Shown piece by piece: positions 48,001 to 59,063 of a stretch of 64,000 nt of DNA. Positions within the stretch are counted from its first letter, which is position 1. The number at the start of each line of letters is the position of its first letter. The DNA is from Vermamoeba vermiformis (lineage: Eukaryota): NCBI GenBank assembly GCA_045837725.1, contig JBEWZL010000232.1, forward strand, positions 124,001 to 188,000. The letters run 5' to 3'. The position numbers and the translations under genes were made by a program. The notes beneath the pieces are model-generated. The model was not told the origin of the DNA and did not search any database. It worked only from the letters and a program-made list of their open reading frames with translations.

Positions 48001-51000
48001 CTTTTTCGGATTGCTTGACGACAAGATGAAGGTCATTCACACTTACAAGCTTCTTATCCGATTCTATCGTTGCGTGTACACGACAAAAGAGTCTGAATAT
48101 GGTATGTGCTTCATTTACGCTCTTGATGATAGTATTAACGCTGAATGTTTAGAACGCATTCTCTTTTATGCCACGATTGGATCTATCTACCATTCGATAG
48201 GCTACACACGTTCTGCAGCTCGATACATCGGCAAGTCAAAGCTCTTACTGGACAACGAACCAGATCTGCCTGACAAGTACAAGGTGAACTGGATCTTGTT
48301 GACAGTGAATTATCTGCACGAGGTTGGTCAAATATCTAGTACCGAGGAGCTAGAGAAGATCGAGCAATCACAGCACGCTATAATTTATGAGCAAAAGAAG
48401 CGAACGAGGACGCATTACTTGGCTCTCGCCCAAACTATGTCAATCTTAGCAAATATGCTTTCTGAAAAGGTAAAGACATACCCTACTGGGCTTTATTAAC
48501 ACGTGTTAGGGCGACCTCGATGGTGCTTCTGCCAAGGCACAGGAGGCATTGCGATACCGTAGCCAGACTTTGCCTAAGCAGAACCTTGACGTGCTCAGGC
48601 GCGTGGAAGCGGAGGCTAACAAGAAGGATGACGATGATCCGAATAACGAGATTAGACGCGAAGACGAGGATATTGCCACCACTAGTGTCGACGAAGGAGA
48701 GGCATCAAGTGCTGAGAGTTTCTTCAACGAGAGCATGACATTCAACAAGTGGGGTACTTTGAAGGCGTTCGCAGAAAGCTTGTTTCAAACAGCAGCTCTT
48801 TTTGAACTCCAGGGCAATGTTTACTACGCGCAGTATTACTACTTGAAGGTATGTAGCACACGCAACTCGTCAACACCGTGTTAACACTTGTCAGGGCATG
48901 TGTTTGGCAAAGATTCTTAACGCACCGAGACTAAGAGCATCCTTTTTGTTGCGTCTCGCGAAAGTGTCTTTAGCACAAGAAAAGTGGGAGGAGTGGAACA
49001 ATCATATCAAGGAGTTCCAAGAGGCTCAACACAAGCATCAAGCAGTCCTTGAAGACGTCAACATTGACGACCGAGAACTAGCAGCTCCTAAAGACATTAG
49101 TGCCATCGAAGCTCGTGTTTACTTGGGCGATTTCAAGAGGTAATAATAAGACCATATCTTTAACACTATGCTAATTACGTGTCGATAGAAAACAAGCTTT
49201 CGATGTCACTGGCGCACTTGTGCACTATGACGAGGCAGAGAACTATCTGTTAGAATTGATGGACGGTGCAGTTACCACCGCAATCGATAACATACTTCTC
49301 TCCAACGTTGCCGAAACGCCACGAGTGAACAAGATGTTGTCTCGAATGAAGTCCAACAAAGAAAAGACCGAGAACAACGTGCGCTTGTCATTAGATCCCG
49401 TGACTGCACCAAAGCCTGCTGCTCGTGGTAAAAAGGCTACATCAAGTACATCGGCTCTGGCTGCCGTTGAGGATTGTTTGCCTATGAAGCGCATGAAGAC
49501 GCGCGTGCAGACTAAGAAGGCACGTGCATTGATGATGAAGGCTTTGGAGACTAACGACATGACTTTGTTGGCTGATGCTGAGCACATTCTCAAGCAGTGC
49601 CTTGATGAGCTCGAGCAGCTGAAAGAAGTTTCAACCAAGTCCAACAACATCGACAAAGCAATCGTCTTGTATCATCTTGGTCGGTTGTTTATGTTGCGCA
49701 GTGAATTGGAGGGTTCTAAAACATGTGCTAACTGGAACCAATCAGAGTGCGCTGTTGGAGCATCACCTTTTGGTAAGTTGAAACTAGTTTCGAGCACTAT
49801 TTCAAGGTACTAACGCCGCTTCAGTCACTAAGGGTCGTCGTGGACAAAAGAAGGGCGCAAAAACACCTGCTTCCAAGAGCTGGAGCGACGAGGCACGAAG
49901 CATGCTCGAACGTGCTTTGGACTACTGCACAAGTGTAGGGTCTATTCCCAAACTCACTCGAGACATATGTCAGAGTTTGGCACTGCTAGTTGGCAACTTT
50001 GAGCCTTGTCGAACAGCGTTCTTGTTGAACTATTCACTTGGCATCACTTTAAGACACGAGATGCTCAGTCTTATTGCCTCAAAGCTCATGATTCTCCGAC
50101 GCAAGAAGGTAGAGCTGCTTGGTGATGTTGAGCCTGATTATCTCGAAGAAAGTGACTCCGAAGAGAACGATGAAACAGCTTCACACCATAGCGGCGATAC
50201 TGTTGACTTGGAGGATCAAGACATGCTTGCTTCTGACGACGAAATTGCCTCGTTGACGAACAATTTGGAAGGGCTTGATCTTACGGGCTCGTCTAAGAGA
50301 AGACTCAACTTCAATGACGATGAGCAAGAGCAGGATGAAGATAGTGACGAAGAGCACATTACCACTGAGAATGTTAAGGTCAAGGCATTCAAGAGCTCCA
50401 AGAAGAAGACGACTTCTTCCAAAGAAGAGAACGCTTTGAAAGAGTCTCTAAGTCACGTGCGCAAGCTGTACAAGCTGTTCTCGTTTGATACGAACTACAA
50501 TCTGTCAGAGTTCCAGTCACAGTACATCGATAACTTGCCATCAAATTGGACAGTGTGCAGTCTTGCCATGACAGCTGACAAGCGAGATTTGCTCATTACG
50601 AGGGTGCAAGCACGCAAAATCCCCATTGTGGCACGCAAGATTTTTGCTGATGCCGTAACAACTACAAGTACCACCGCAGTAGCAAACGACACTGTGAGGA
50701 AGAGCACTACTTCAGTCAAGCCTGCTACAGTTAAGAAGGGTCTGTCTCGTACCAAATCAGAAATCTCAAAGCAAGCTCTGAAGACGGCAAAAGAAGACAG
50801 TGACAGCGATTCCACCGATGAGCCCAAGAAGCCATTGGCACGTGCAGGACTCAAGCGCTCAACTACGGCAGCAGCGCTCAAGCCCAAAAAGCCTGCGGCA
50901 AAACCATCCGTGTCCAAGTCCAGCGAAGTTATTCCTGAGGACGAATCAAGCAATAACAATACCGCTGAGTCCAATACCAACGAACGCTTGATTGATGTTA

Positions 51001-52661
51001 TTAAGAGGCAGTATGAAAAGATCTTGGAAGAAAATAAGAACACGACCACAGCTGGAACTCACACTAACAAGTAAGTTAAATTTTATGACATTAAATACAC
51101 AACACTAACGATGCATTAGGGACACACCTGAGGACCGTAACAAGTGGTGGACAGAACGGTTCAAGTTAGACGAGCAGTTGAAGGCTCTTGTCGACCACAA
51201 AATGCAGACCGAGTTGTTGGGCTTTTGGAAGTCACTTCTTGTTGGCACACCTTTTGACGACAAGCTGAGAGCACGCTTCAACAAGCTCGCTTATGATCTC
51301 AAAGAAAAGTTTGGCCAGCAATTCGACTTGGCTGAAAAGACTCGACTCGATCTCTACGAAGCCTTTGTCAACAGTTTCGAATTCTTAAGTGATATCGAAA
51401 TTAAGAACTGGGTAGTGTACCTTACTCATGGCGAGGCACCCGTGGACGATGAGGACGCGATTGATGCGGTATGAATAGTGTTTAAGAAACTTTGGCACGT
51501 ACTTACCCTATTGTGATTAGTTGGTTGAGCACGTCAAGTCCGAGTACGCGGCCCTTCAGATTGGAGACGCCAAGCCAGCTGCAGCGAAGAAAAAGGTCGG
51601 CACAAAAGAGCAAGAGGCACCAAAGATTACAATCCGTAGAAATCCAGTCATCTTTATTCTCGACAAGTCTCTTCAGTCCTTGCCTTGGGAGAGCATGGCC
51701 TGCCTTAGAACGACACCTATCACACGCATGCCTTCATTGAGTTTCATCAGAGCTCGCTTGGAGTTGGCAAAGGTCCTCCAAGGCAACGCCATTAAGTAAG
51801 TGTTCTTGTCCACAACGACTCTAACGAAATGATTAACGTTGTAACAGGCACGGCGTTGACGCTAGCAAGACGTTCTACATTCTGAATCCGAGCAAGGATT
51901 TAATATCCACCCAAGAGAGGTTCGAGCCGCTGTTCAAGAAGTACGGCTGGCGTGGTATTGCAGGCAAGACACCCTCTAGATATGACTTTGAAGAGGCGCT
52001 GTCAAGTCATGATCTTGTCATTTATTGCGGACACAACGCTGGCGAGCAATACATCTCACGCACTCACGTAGCCAATGTCAGTCACGTGCCTTCTGCGGGT
52101 CCTGTTCGACAAAACCTCGGCATTGTGAGGTCTAAGGAGACACTCAATGCTGACGGGGCCTCATTGGTGAATGCTTTTGTTGCTCAATTAGGCAAAAAGA
52201 GTACGAACACGTCACAATCCAAACCCGAACCAGTACCCGAATACAACGAACTGACATACTTGAACAACAATGCGGTGACCATGTTAATGGGCTGCAGCAG
52301 TGGCAAGCTCGTTGACAACGGTGATTTTGACCCTGATGGCCCTATTTTGGCTTATCTCCTCGCTGGCAGGTACGTAGCATGTGGCACTACTCTCTCGTTC
52401 TTGTACTAATCAGATCTGTATTTTAGTCCTGCGGTTATGGGCTGCCTCTGGATCGTCACAGCAACCGACACAGATCGCTTCACTGAGTGCGTTCTCACCA
52501 AGTGGTTCGATCAGTACGCAGATAGATCACTCTCGGAGATGATATTGATCGCACGAGAGGAGTGCAAGTTGAAGTACTTGAACGGCGCTGCTTTTATTTG
52601 CTATGGCTTGCCTGTATTTTTAGCAGAACACGTGCCTGATTATTATGCCAATCTCAAGTAA
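45086..52661 (+). CDS. ESP1: Separase (peptidase C50)
   Basis: Long helical N-region, KWWTERFKLD, ILDKSLQSLPWESM..ITRMPS, YILNPSKDL, catalytic YCGH and LMGCSSG, and LKYLNGAAFICYGLP. Confidence 0.92.
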
Positions 52662-52906
52662 AGAGCGAAACGTTTTTAAAGGAGAGTTCGAATCTGTACT
52701 GTCTTGGCTTACGTTACGTCATTGGAAAGATGAAAACAAATACGTATTTAAATACTTTCCCAACATGCCCTGTTCTTATTAATAATTATAATACGAAAAA
52801 CAGTAAACTATTTTCGGCTTTTTTGGTTCCTATCTTTTTGATGCACCTAAAAATTAAAAGCAATCCCTGAACGAGTCTTTTTTTGTTTCGATTGAACAAC
52901 GTAAGG

Positions 52907-55041
52907 ATGCAGCGCTCAGCAATATTAATTTTGATCTTTTTCGCTGTTCATTTGTGGATGTGCCTGGCACAGACAGTTCAATGGTCACCAAGCATAATTA
53001 CAGACTCAATTAAGCTACCAGCATCAAATAGCGCTCGATATTATTCCTCCCTATTACCAACCGCAGATTCTGAGACTCATTATTCATTTGCCTACGATTG
53101 TAAGTTGAATGAATTTAAAGCGTTTGTATTTAATTTGATTTTAGGTGATGGTATCTCGGTCACTTCGTTGGAGGCAACAAAATTGACCACAAACGTTACG
53201 ATCGAAGTTGATCTGAGCAGATTCGAGGCTGGTATCCAGTTATGCCACCTTGTTGCACATACCTCACAAGCGAGCGCTGAATTAACCTTAAAATTATCTG
53301 TGACGGTCGATGAAAGTCTGTTTGCCTTCGTAAGTCTTGATCTTGCCAGCGCTTTTCTCCTTTAACTCCGGTAATCCAGGCACCGAAGTATGCTCCTGTC
53401 GCCGCACCAAAAGCTTATGCTCCAGTAGCGGCACCTAAGTATTATACTCCAGTAGCGGCGCCAAAATATTACACTCCAGTAGCACCTCCTAAACCGAAAG
53501 CACCCGTATCACTGTGCACTCCAGACAGGTGCTCGAGACACGGCACTTGTCGCAAAGACGGTTCTTGCGATTGTTACACGGGCTATTATGGCACTTACTG
53601 CGAGTACAAGCGTTGTGGTACTTGTCCCACTCACTCTGAGTGTAACAAGAAGACAGGCGAGTGCGAGTGTCTGCCTGGCTATTACGGCTCTAGCTGTCAA
53701 TACAAGAAGTGTCCGTCATGTCCATTGCATTCAACGTGCAACAAAAACACCGGGGAATGTGAATGTGATACGGGCTATTACGGATCAAACTGTCAGTACA
53801 AGAAGTGCCCGTTATGTCCATTGCATGCAACCTGCAACAAAAACACTGGTCAATGCGAATGTGATGCTGGTTATTATGGCTCAGATTGCCAGTACAAAGA
53901 GTGCAAGAAATGTGCGACAAGTACTGCGTGGCCAACACCACGTGCTCAGGTCTAGGCACATGTGACCCGTCAAGTGGTAAATGCATTTGTGAGGAATACC
54001 ACTATGGCTTGGTAAGACATCAAATTCCTCAATCTCCAGCCACGCTAACAGTATCACTAGAACTGTACTATCTATTGCGATGCAGAGGTCAATTGCACGG
54101 CTCATGGCTCGTGCTCAAGATTCGGATCGTGTCGTTGCGACAATAATTATTATGGCAAGGTAATGTACAGATCTCCTGGGTGTGGCAAACTAACGCGTAC
54201 ATAGGATTGCAGTATCTTTTGCGATGAAGCCACGAACTGCTCGTCGCACGGCTTGTGCTCAGCTACTGGCTGTCAGTGCGACCCACTGTACTACGGCGAC
54301 AAGTGTCAGTTCAAGCAGTGTCCTCAATGTCCCTCCCGCAGCAAGTGCAACAACAGCACTGGTGTCTGTGAGTGCGATGCAAACTACTACGGCCCCGAGT
54401 GTGACATTTACTGCGACGGAAACACGTGTGGCGAGCACGGCACATGCAACGACAAGGGTGGCTGCACGTGTGATCCAAACTACTACGGCAACAAGTGCCA
54501 AGTCAAGTGCTCGAAGGACACGTGCCAGAATGGCTACTGCTCGGCAGATGGGTGCATGTGCTACTCCACGTACTATGGCCCAAAGTGTGACATCTATTGC
54601 TCCACCAGTCAATTCGGCAATTGCATGTACGCGAGTGGTTATTGCGCCAAGAACGGCACGTGCATCTGTTACGAGGGGTACTTTGGTCCCAGTTGCCAGG
54701 TCTCGTGTGATTCCAAGAACTGTGCCCATGGGTCGTGCAATCAAGCTGGTGAGTGCGTGTGCAACGAGAACTACTACACGGGCTCAAGGGGGTCGCAGTG
54801 TTTGGAGTTCTGCGAGGCCAGCACAACGTGCAATGGCAACGGGCAGTGCAACAACCGCGGTCAGTGCGAGTGCGATTCCATGCACTTTGGCACGAATTGC
54901 AGTTCAAACAAAGTAACTGTGGCCACGATTGTGATTGGCTCCGCACTCGGTGTCGCGGCGCTGATTGGTGGCATCGTGTGGCTCGTGAAAAAACGCAGAT
55001 CCAGATACGAAAACTATCAGCTGTTGAATACCGTTCAATAG
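52907..55041 (+). CDS. EGF/laminin-EGF repeat type I membrane protein
   Basis: Signal peptide, many CxCxxxYYGxxC repeats, TM segment IVIGSALGVAALIGGIVWLV and a short tail with YQLL. Confidence 0.85.
53605..53892 (+). repeat. Three tandem 96-nt Cys-rich coding repeats
   Basis: Units start TACAA at 53605, 53701 and 53797; a partial fourth starts at 53893. Confidence 0.8.
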
Positions 55042-55203
55042 AAATATGTATATTGGATTGAAGAATAAAGCTCACGTTTAGCGGTTTATTATTGAACGAG
55101 TGTGACCGGATCTATCTCATCCGCGAATGAGGTTTCAGATCCGTTTCGCTCTGTAGTCAAAATGACAAAAAAAAAGGGCTTTGCAAGCATATCTAGTAAA
55201 GTG

Positions 55204-56490
55204 TTAATTATCTACATCTTCGAGAAGTTCATGTTGTTCAATTTCAGTGAAATCCAAGATCCGCATATTTATCTCTTCAAAAGATTCGTTGAACTCAACA
55301 TCGTCGACATTAATTCGTTCTAATAATCGTTGTAAGGTGTTTTGTGTTTTCAATTGATCTATATTTGAGTGCCATAATTGGAAAATACTCTTAATTGAGG
55401 TATTATGAAGAGCTGCACAGACGGATCTCTCTTCCACCTTAAATAACTCGGAGTTTCTATTGTAATTATCCAATCCGACCTTAAATCCAGTCGGACACCA
55501 CGAGACAAATCGAATTTTTTTTGTTTCTTTGAGTTGCTGAACACTTTGACTGACCTCATGTCGAAACAGTCCTCGAATAAACATGTGAATTCTCATATAA
55601 TATCCAGCATTAAAATCTACATCGCACAATAGTGAACTATTTTGCACAGCATTTCCTATTAAAGACTGCGTTGACGGATCTATTTCGCAAGGCATGCTAA
55701 CTTCATCAAATGTAGTTACGAAGCTCGGTACGGTGAAGCTGATTCCGGGGTACGGATCAAAGTGAGAAATCTCGGAAAGTGAGATTCCAATTCCATTGAA
55801 TCTATCGGTTGCTGTAAAGCTTGACAGAGTTTTCGCTACGAATCTGTTTAGATCTACTTTGCTGTGTTGATTTTTCGAATGAACTTGTCTTTGAATAGCA
55901 GTGTCTTGATACATAATTCTTGATGGATTTGCTTGTGCAAATAAATCATACGAAAGAGTTGAATTGATCATTTGTTCGGCACTTGAAGTTCGATCTGCCA
56001 GCACTACGATGTCATGAATGTACTTTCTGCCGAGCCCGATATTCGCCAGGTCAATGTCATGTATAACAAAGCTGGTAGCTTCTGTCGAGTCTCGAATAAA
56101 TATGCATTGGGCAAGGGAGTCACACCTTTCGATTTGTTTTCTAATGGCTGACTCGATCTGGCTTAGCTCTTCATCGCATAGCTTGCCGGTATCAGAATCT
56201 CTATTATTCAACAGCACATGGTTTTGCTCAGGGTCATTGTAATCAGGATATTGCAAGAAGGGAGTATCAGCGAAGGTCGATCCTACATCTATGATAACGG
56301 ATCGAGGAATAATTTTGTTTTCATTTTGTTCGTGAAAGAACGATGCCCAGTTTTCGGGCTTTTGATTTGTAGACTCCTTCTGTGCAAAAGAATGATTTTC
56401 TAGTCCGTGCTCTGCTGAAATCTGACGCCAGAAGCTCGATCCAATATTAGCACCTCTATTGCCCAGTTGAATAACAATAGTTTCTCGCAT
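55204..56490 (-). CDS. Highly divergent, intronless tubulin-family protein
   Basis: MRETIVIQLG..FWRQISAEHGL, IPRSVIID, PYPGISF and FVSWCPTGFKVG are present. The GGGTGSG motif is absent. Confidence 0.85.
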   Translation of the reverse strand: MRETIVIQLGNRGANIGSSFWRQISAEHGLENHSFAQKESTNQKPENWASFFHEQNENKIIPRSVIIDVGSTFADTPFLQYPDYNDPEQNHVLLNNRDSDTGKLCDEELSQIESAIRKQIERCDSLAQCIFIRDSTEATSFVIHDIDLANIGLGRKYIHDIVVLADRTSSAEQMINSTLSYDLFAQANPSRIMYQDTAIQRQVHSKNQHSKVDLNRFVAKTLSSFTATDRFNGIGISLSEISHFDPYPGISFTVPSFVTTFDEVSMPCEIDPSTQSLIGNAVQNSSLLCDVDFNAGYYMRIHMFIRGLFRHEVSQSVQQLKETKKIRFVSWCPTGFKVGLDNYNRNSELFKVEERSVCAALHNTSIKSIFQLWHSNIDQLKTQNTLQRLLERINVDDVEFNESFEEINMRILDFTEIEQHELLEDVDN

Positions 56491-56828
56491 GTATGGCCTA
56501 CGCAAGATTATTTCAATTGATTTTTCAATTACATTACATTTTTAAGTTTATTCAAATGTCGCTCCAGCCTTACCGTTTAAGTAATATCTGCTCTCTTATA
56601 ATTTTGATGCATGTGGTCGTGTTTACCGTTGATTGTTGAGATCAAAGCAATTAAATATGAAAAAGCCGATTAATTTTGGAACGTCAAAAATCCAGGACTT
56701 TCCCTTTGCCATCAATTGTACAATGCAAGAGCCACATATATAACCCTAGATACATAATAAATGCATGCTTTGCGTAGCGTGAGTTAGTTTAGAAGGGTCT
56801 AGCTTTATTGCGAACACAAATTTTAGCT

Positions 56829-57120
56829 TCATCCACGTTGAGGCGCATATTTAACAATTCCCTGCTCGTCTACTCGAATTCTAACACGATCTGTGCGATA
56901 ATCCATGGTAACCATCATGTCTGGAGTCACGATCGGAGCAGTATTTTCTGGTCAATAAAAAATCAGACTTTGGCACTCCGCGATAAGCAATAGAATTTAA
57001 TTAAGGTGATTTAACTAATACTGGATATAAGTATTTACCATCGAAGCCGCGAGCAAATAATATTTGTTGCGCTTCTTGGCCGGTTTTGCCAACGAGGTCT
57101 GCGAATTCGTTTTGGTCCAT
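56829..57120 (-). CDS. Potato inhibitor I (I13) family serine protease inhibitor
   Basis: Exons 57120-57039 and 56947-56829 give MDQNEFADLVGKTGQEAQQILFARGFDENTAPIVTPDMMVTMDYRTDRVRIRVDEQGIVKYAPQRG. Confidence 0.88.
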
Positions 57121-57643
57121 AGTGAGTTATGTTCTGATAATCAGATTGGTGTGATGGACTTTTATCGTGTTGCAAAGTGCAAGTTCAAGAATACTTTTCA
57201 CCGAAAGCACGTGATGCTCGCATGTTCTTAGGAGCTCGCGAAGCGAAGTTCCTACGAACTTTGAAACAGTAAAAAACACCAGCTTCGTTCTGGTTGTGTA
57301 CACAGCACCCCTCCACTAATCCATCCACTTGTTTCAGCTGAAGGAAGCTCGGTGGGCTAAGTCTCATGTACCAAGTTGGTACCAAAAATAGCAACTTCGG
57401 AAGTTGCAAAAAAGTAAATTTTAGACTCTTTGTCTGCGGTGTTGTAATGTGGACCCACTGCACGAAGGTCCAAAAGTCACTTAAGAAGCTCAAATGTCAC
57501 GAGCACACTGTATTCGCGTTCGTTTGGTGAGACCGTGTCGGTAATTGTAGATTGGTAACGGCCCCCTTAATATTGGCATCAACCAAATGATCATAAACGA
57601 GGCTCTATAGTGAATGATGTATTTACAAGTTTCGAGGTTATAA

Positions 57644-58754
57644 TTACGTGTTTAAGCACCAGATCTTCTTTTCTTTCATTGCCGCTTCTTTGCCTTTAAC
57701 CGACACCCAATTTGCATGCACCAAAATAGGCTTATCTTCACCGACTTCTTGATCTTCGCGGAAATATTTGTATCCGTTAGCAAACAGCTTTTGATCTAAA
57801 ATCCTCCAGCTCAGCGTGTCAGATCTGAACAAACACACGTTGATAGCACTTTGATCGTTTCTATTGTAGTATATTTGGAAGTATAAGACTCTTCGCAAGA
57901 ACTTCTTCGTTGCTTCAGTTGGTCGCATAAAAATAAATCCTCCGTTTGCAAACGGGATCTCGAGCACTTTGTCAATCAATTCTACACCTGTGCTATCAGC
58001 CTGATATGACAATTAGCATGTATCGTTATGCCAATGAGTTCTATATTACCATAAACTGCAAGTCATAGCTGTTGTTGTCAGTCAAATGTGGCAAGGGTGT
58101 CGAGAAGAAGTGGATGTCGGAGTCAGCAAAAAGCACGTTGAATCCGCAGTCGAGCATTTGATAGACCAACACAGTGCGGAACAACATCAATTGGAAGTAC
58201 GATGTGGAGCCGTACCATACTTTGTCTTGATTGACTGTCCAATTCTGTGAGGCAAACTCGTCAAAAGATTTTGGATCTGTTTTGAGCAACAAGTTGCCGA
58301 GTGCTTCGTAATCGGCTGTGAGGCACACAAACTTCCAATTAGCATATGATGGGTTTTTTTGGATCAGTTTTAAATGTCGCTCGTGGAGTGCTGGGCAGGT
58401 GAGAGCATCGAATCCAACGACTAATACCGGTGAGACTGACACTGATGACGTCGAGCACAAAAAATTGAGCGTTAATTCGTTAAATCCAACTGAGCCAAAT
58501 GTGAGTGTAATCGTCTTGTCTTTAATGTCTAGTTCTTCGAGCTGCGACTTCAACTTTTGCGGGCATTTTGCTAAATGTTCTTCTGGTATTTGACTCTTCA
58601 TAATCACGCATCCTCCGACGCCTAATAGTGTCTTCTTATCATCAAGATATTTATACGCAATTATGAGGCCAATGACGGCTAGCACAAACGTGATGATGAA
58701 TGTCCACTTGAAACATTTGAAGAGAGACTTGATTATTCGAACCAATGTCGCCAT
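57644..58754 (-). CDS. Nucleotide-diphospho-sugar transferase (GT77-like), type II membrane protein
   Basis: N-terminal TM, GFNVLFADSD (DxD), NGGFIFMRPT, NDQSAIN and VHANW. Confidence 0.85.
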
Positions 58755-59063
58755 AATATATATAATAATATATAGATTACAAATAAATTATATTAATAAT
58801 AAATACGCAGTTCGGAATTATTTTCCAATCCAGATCCACCAGCGTAACAATGCAATAATCGAACAACAAATATAGTTATATATTACATAAAATAAACAAG
58901 TGGTTGTTCGTTTGTTACAAGTGACATAATCTAATGCTGACGTCGTTCCAAAAAAAGGACGGCAAAATTTGGTGTTTATTATTCTTATATAACAAAAACC
59001 AAGAAAAGGGTAATATACATGGGTTCGTCTGTAATGACGAAGGAGTAAAGGTGGACACATCTA

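Noticed and set aside
53605-53892. Regularly spaced repeats as a CRISPR-like array
   Set aside because: They are in-frame coding repeats without unique spacers, in a eukaryotic gene.
53588-55075. Long alternative-frame and antisense ORFs over the EGF gene, and similar ones over separase, the RTK and 17003-17623
   Set aside because: They are shadows of biased codon usage in the real frame.
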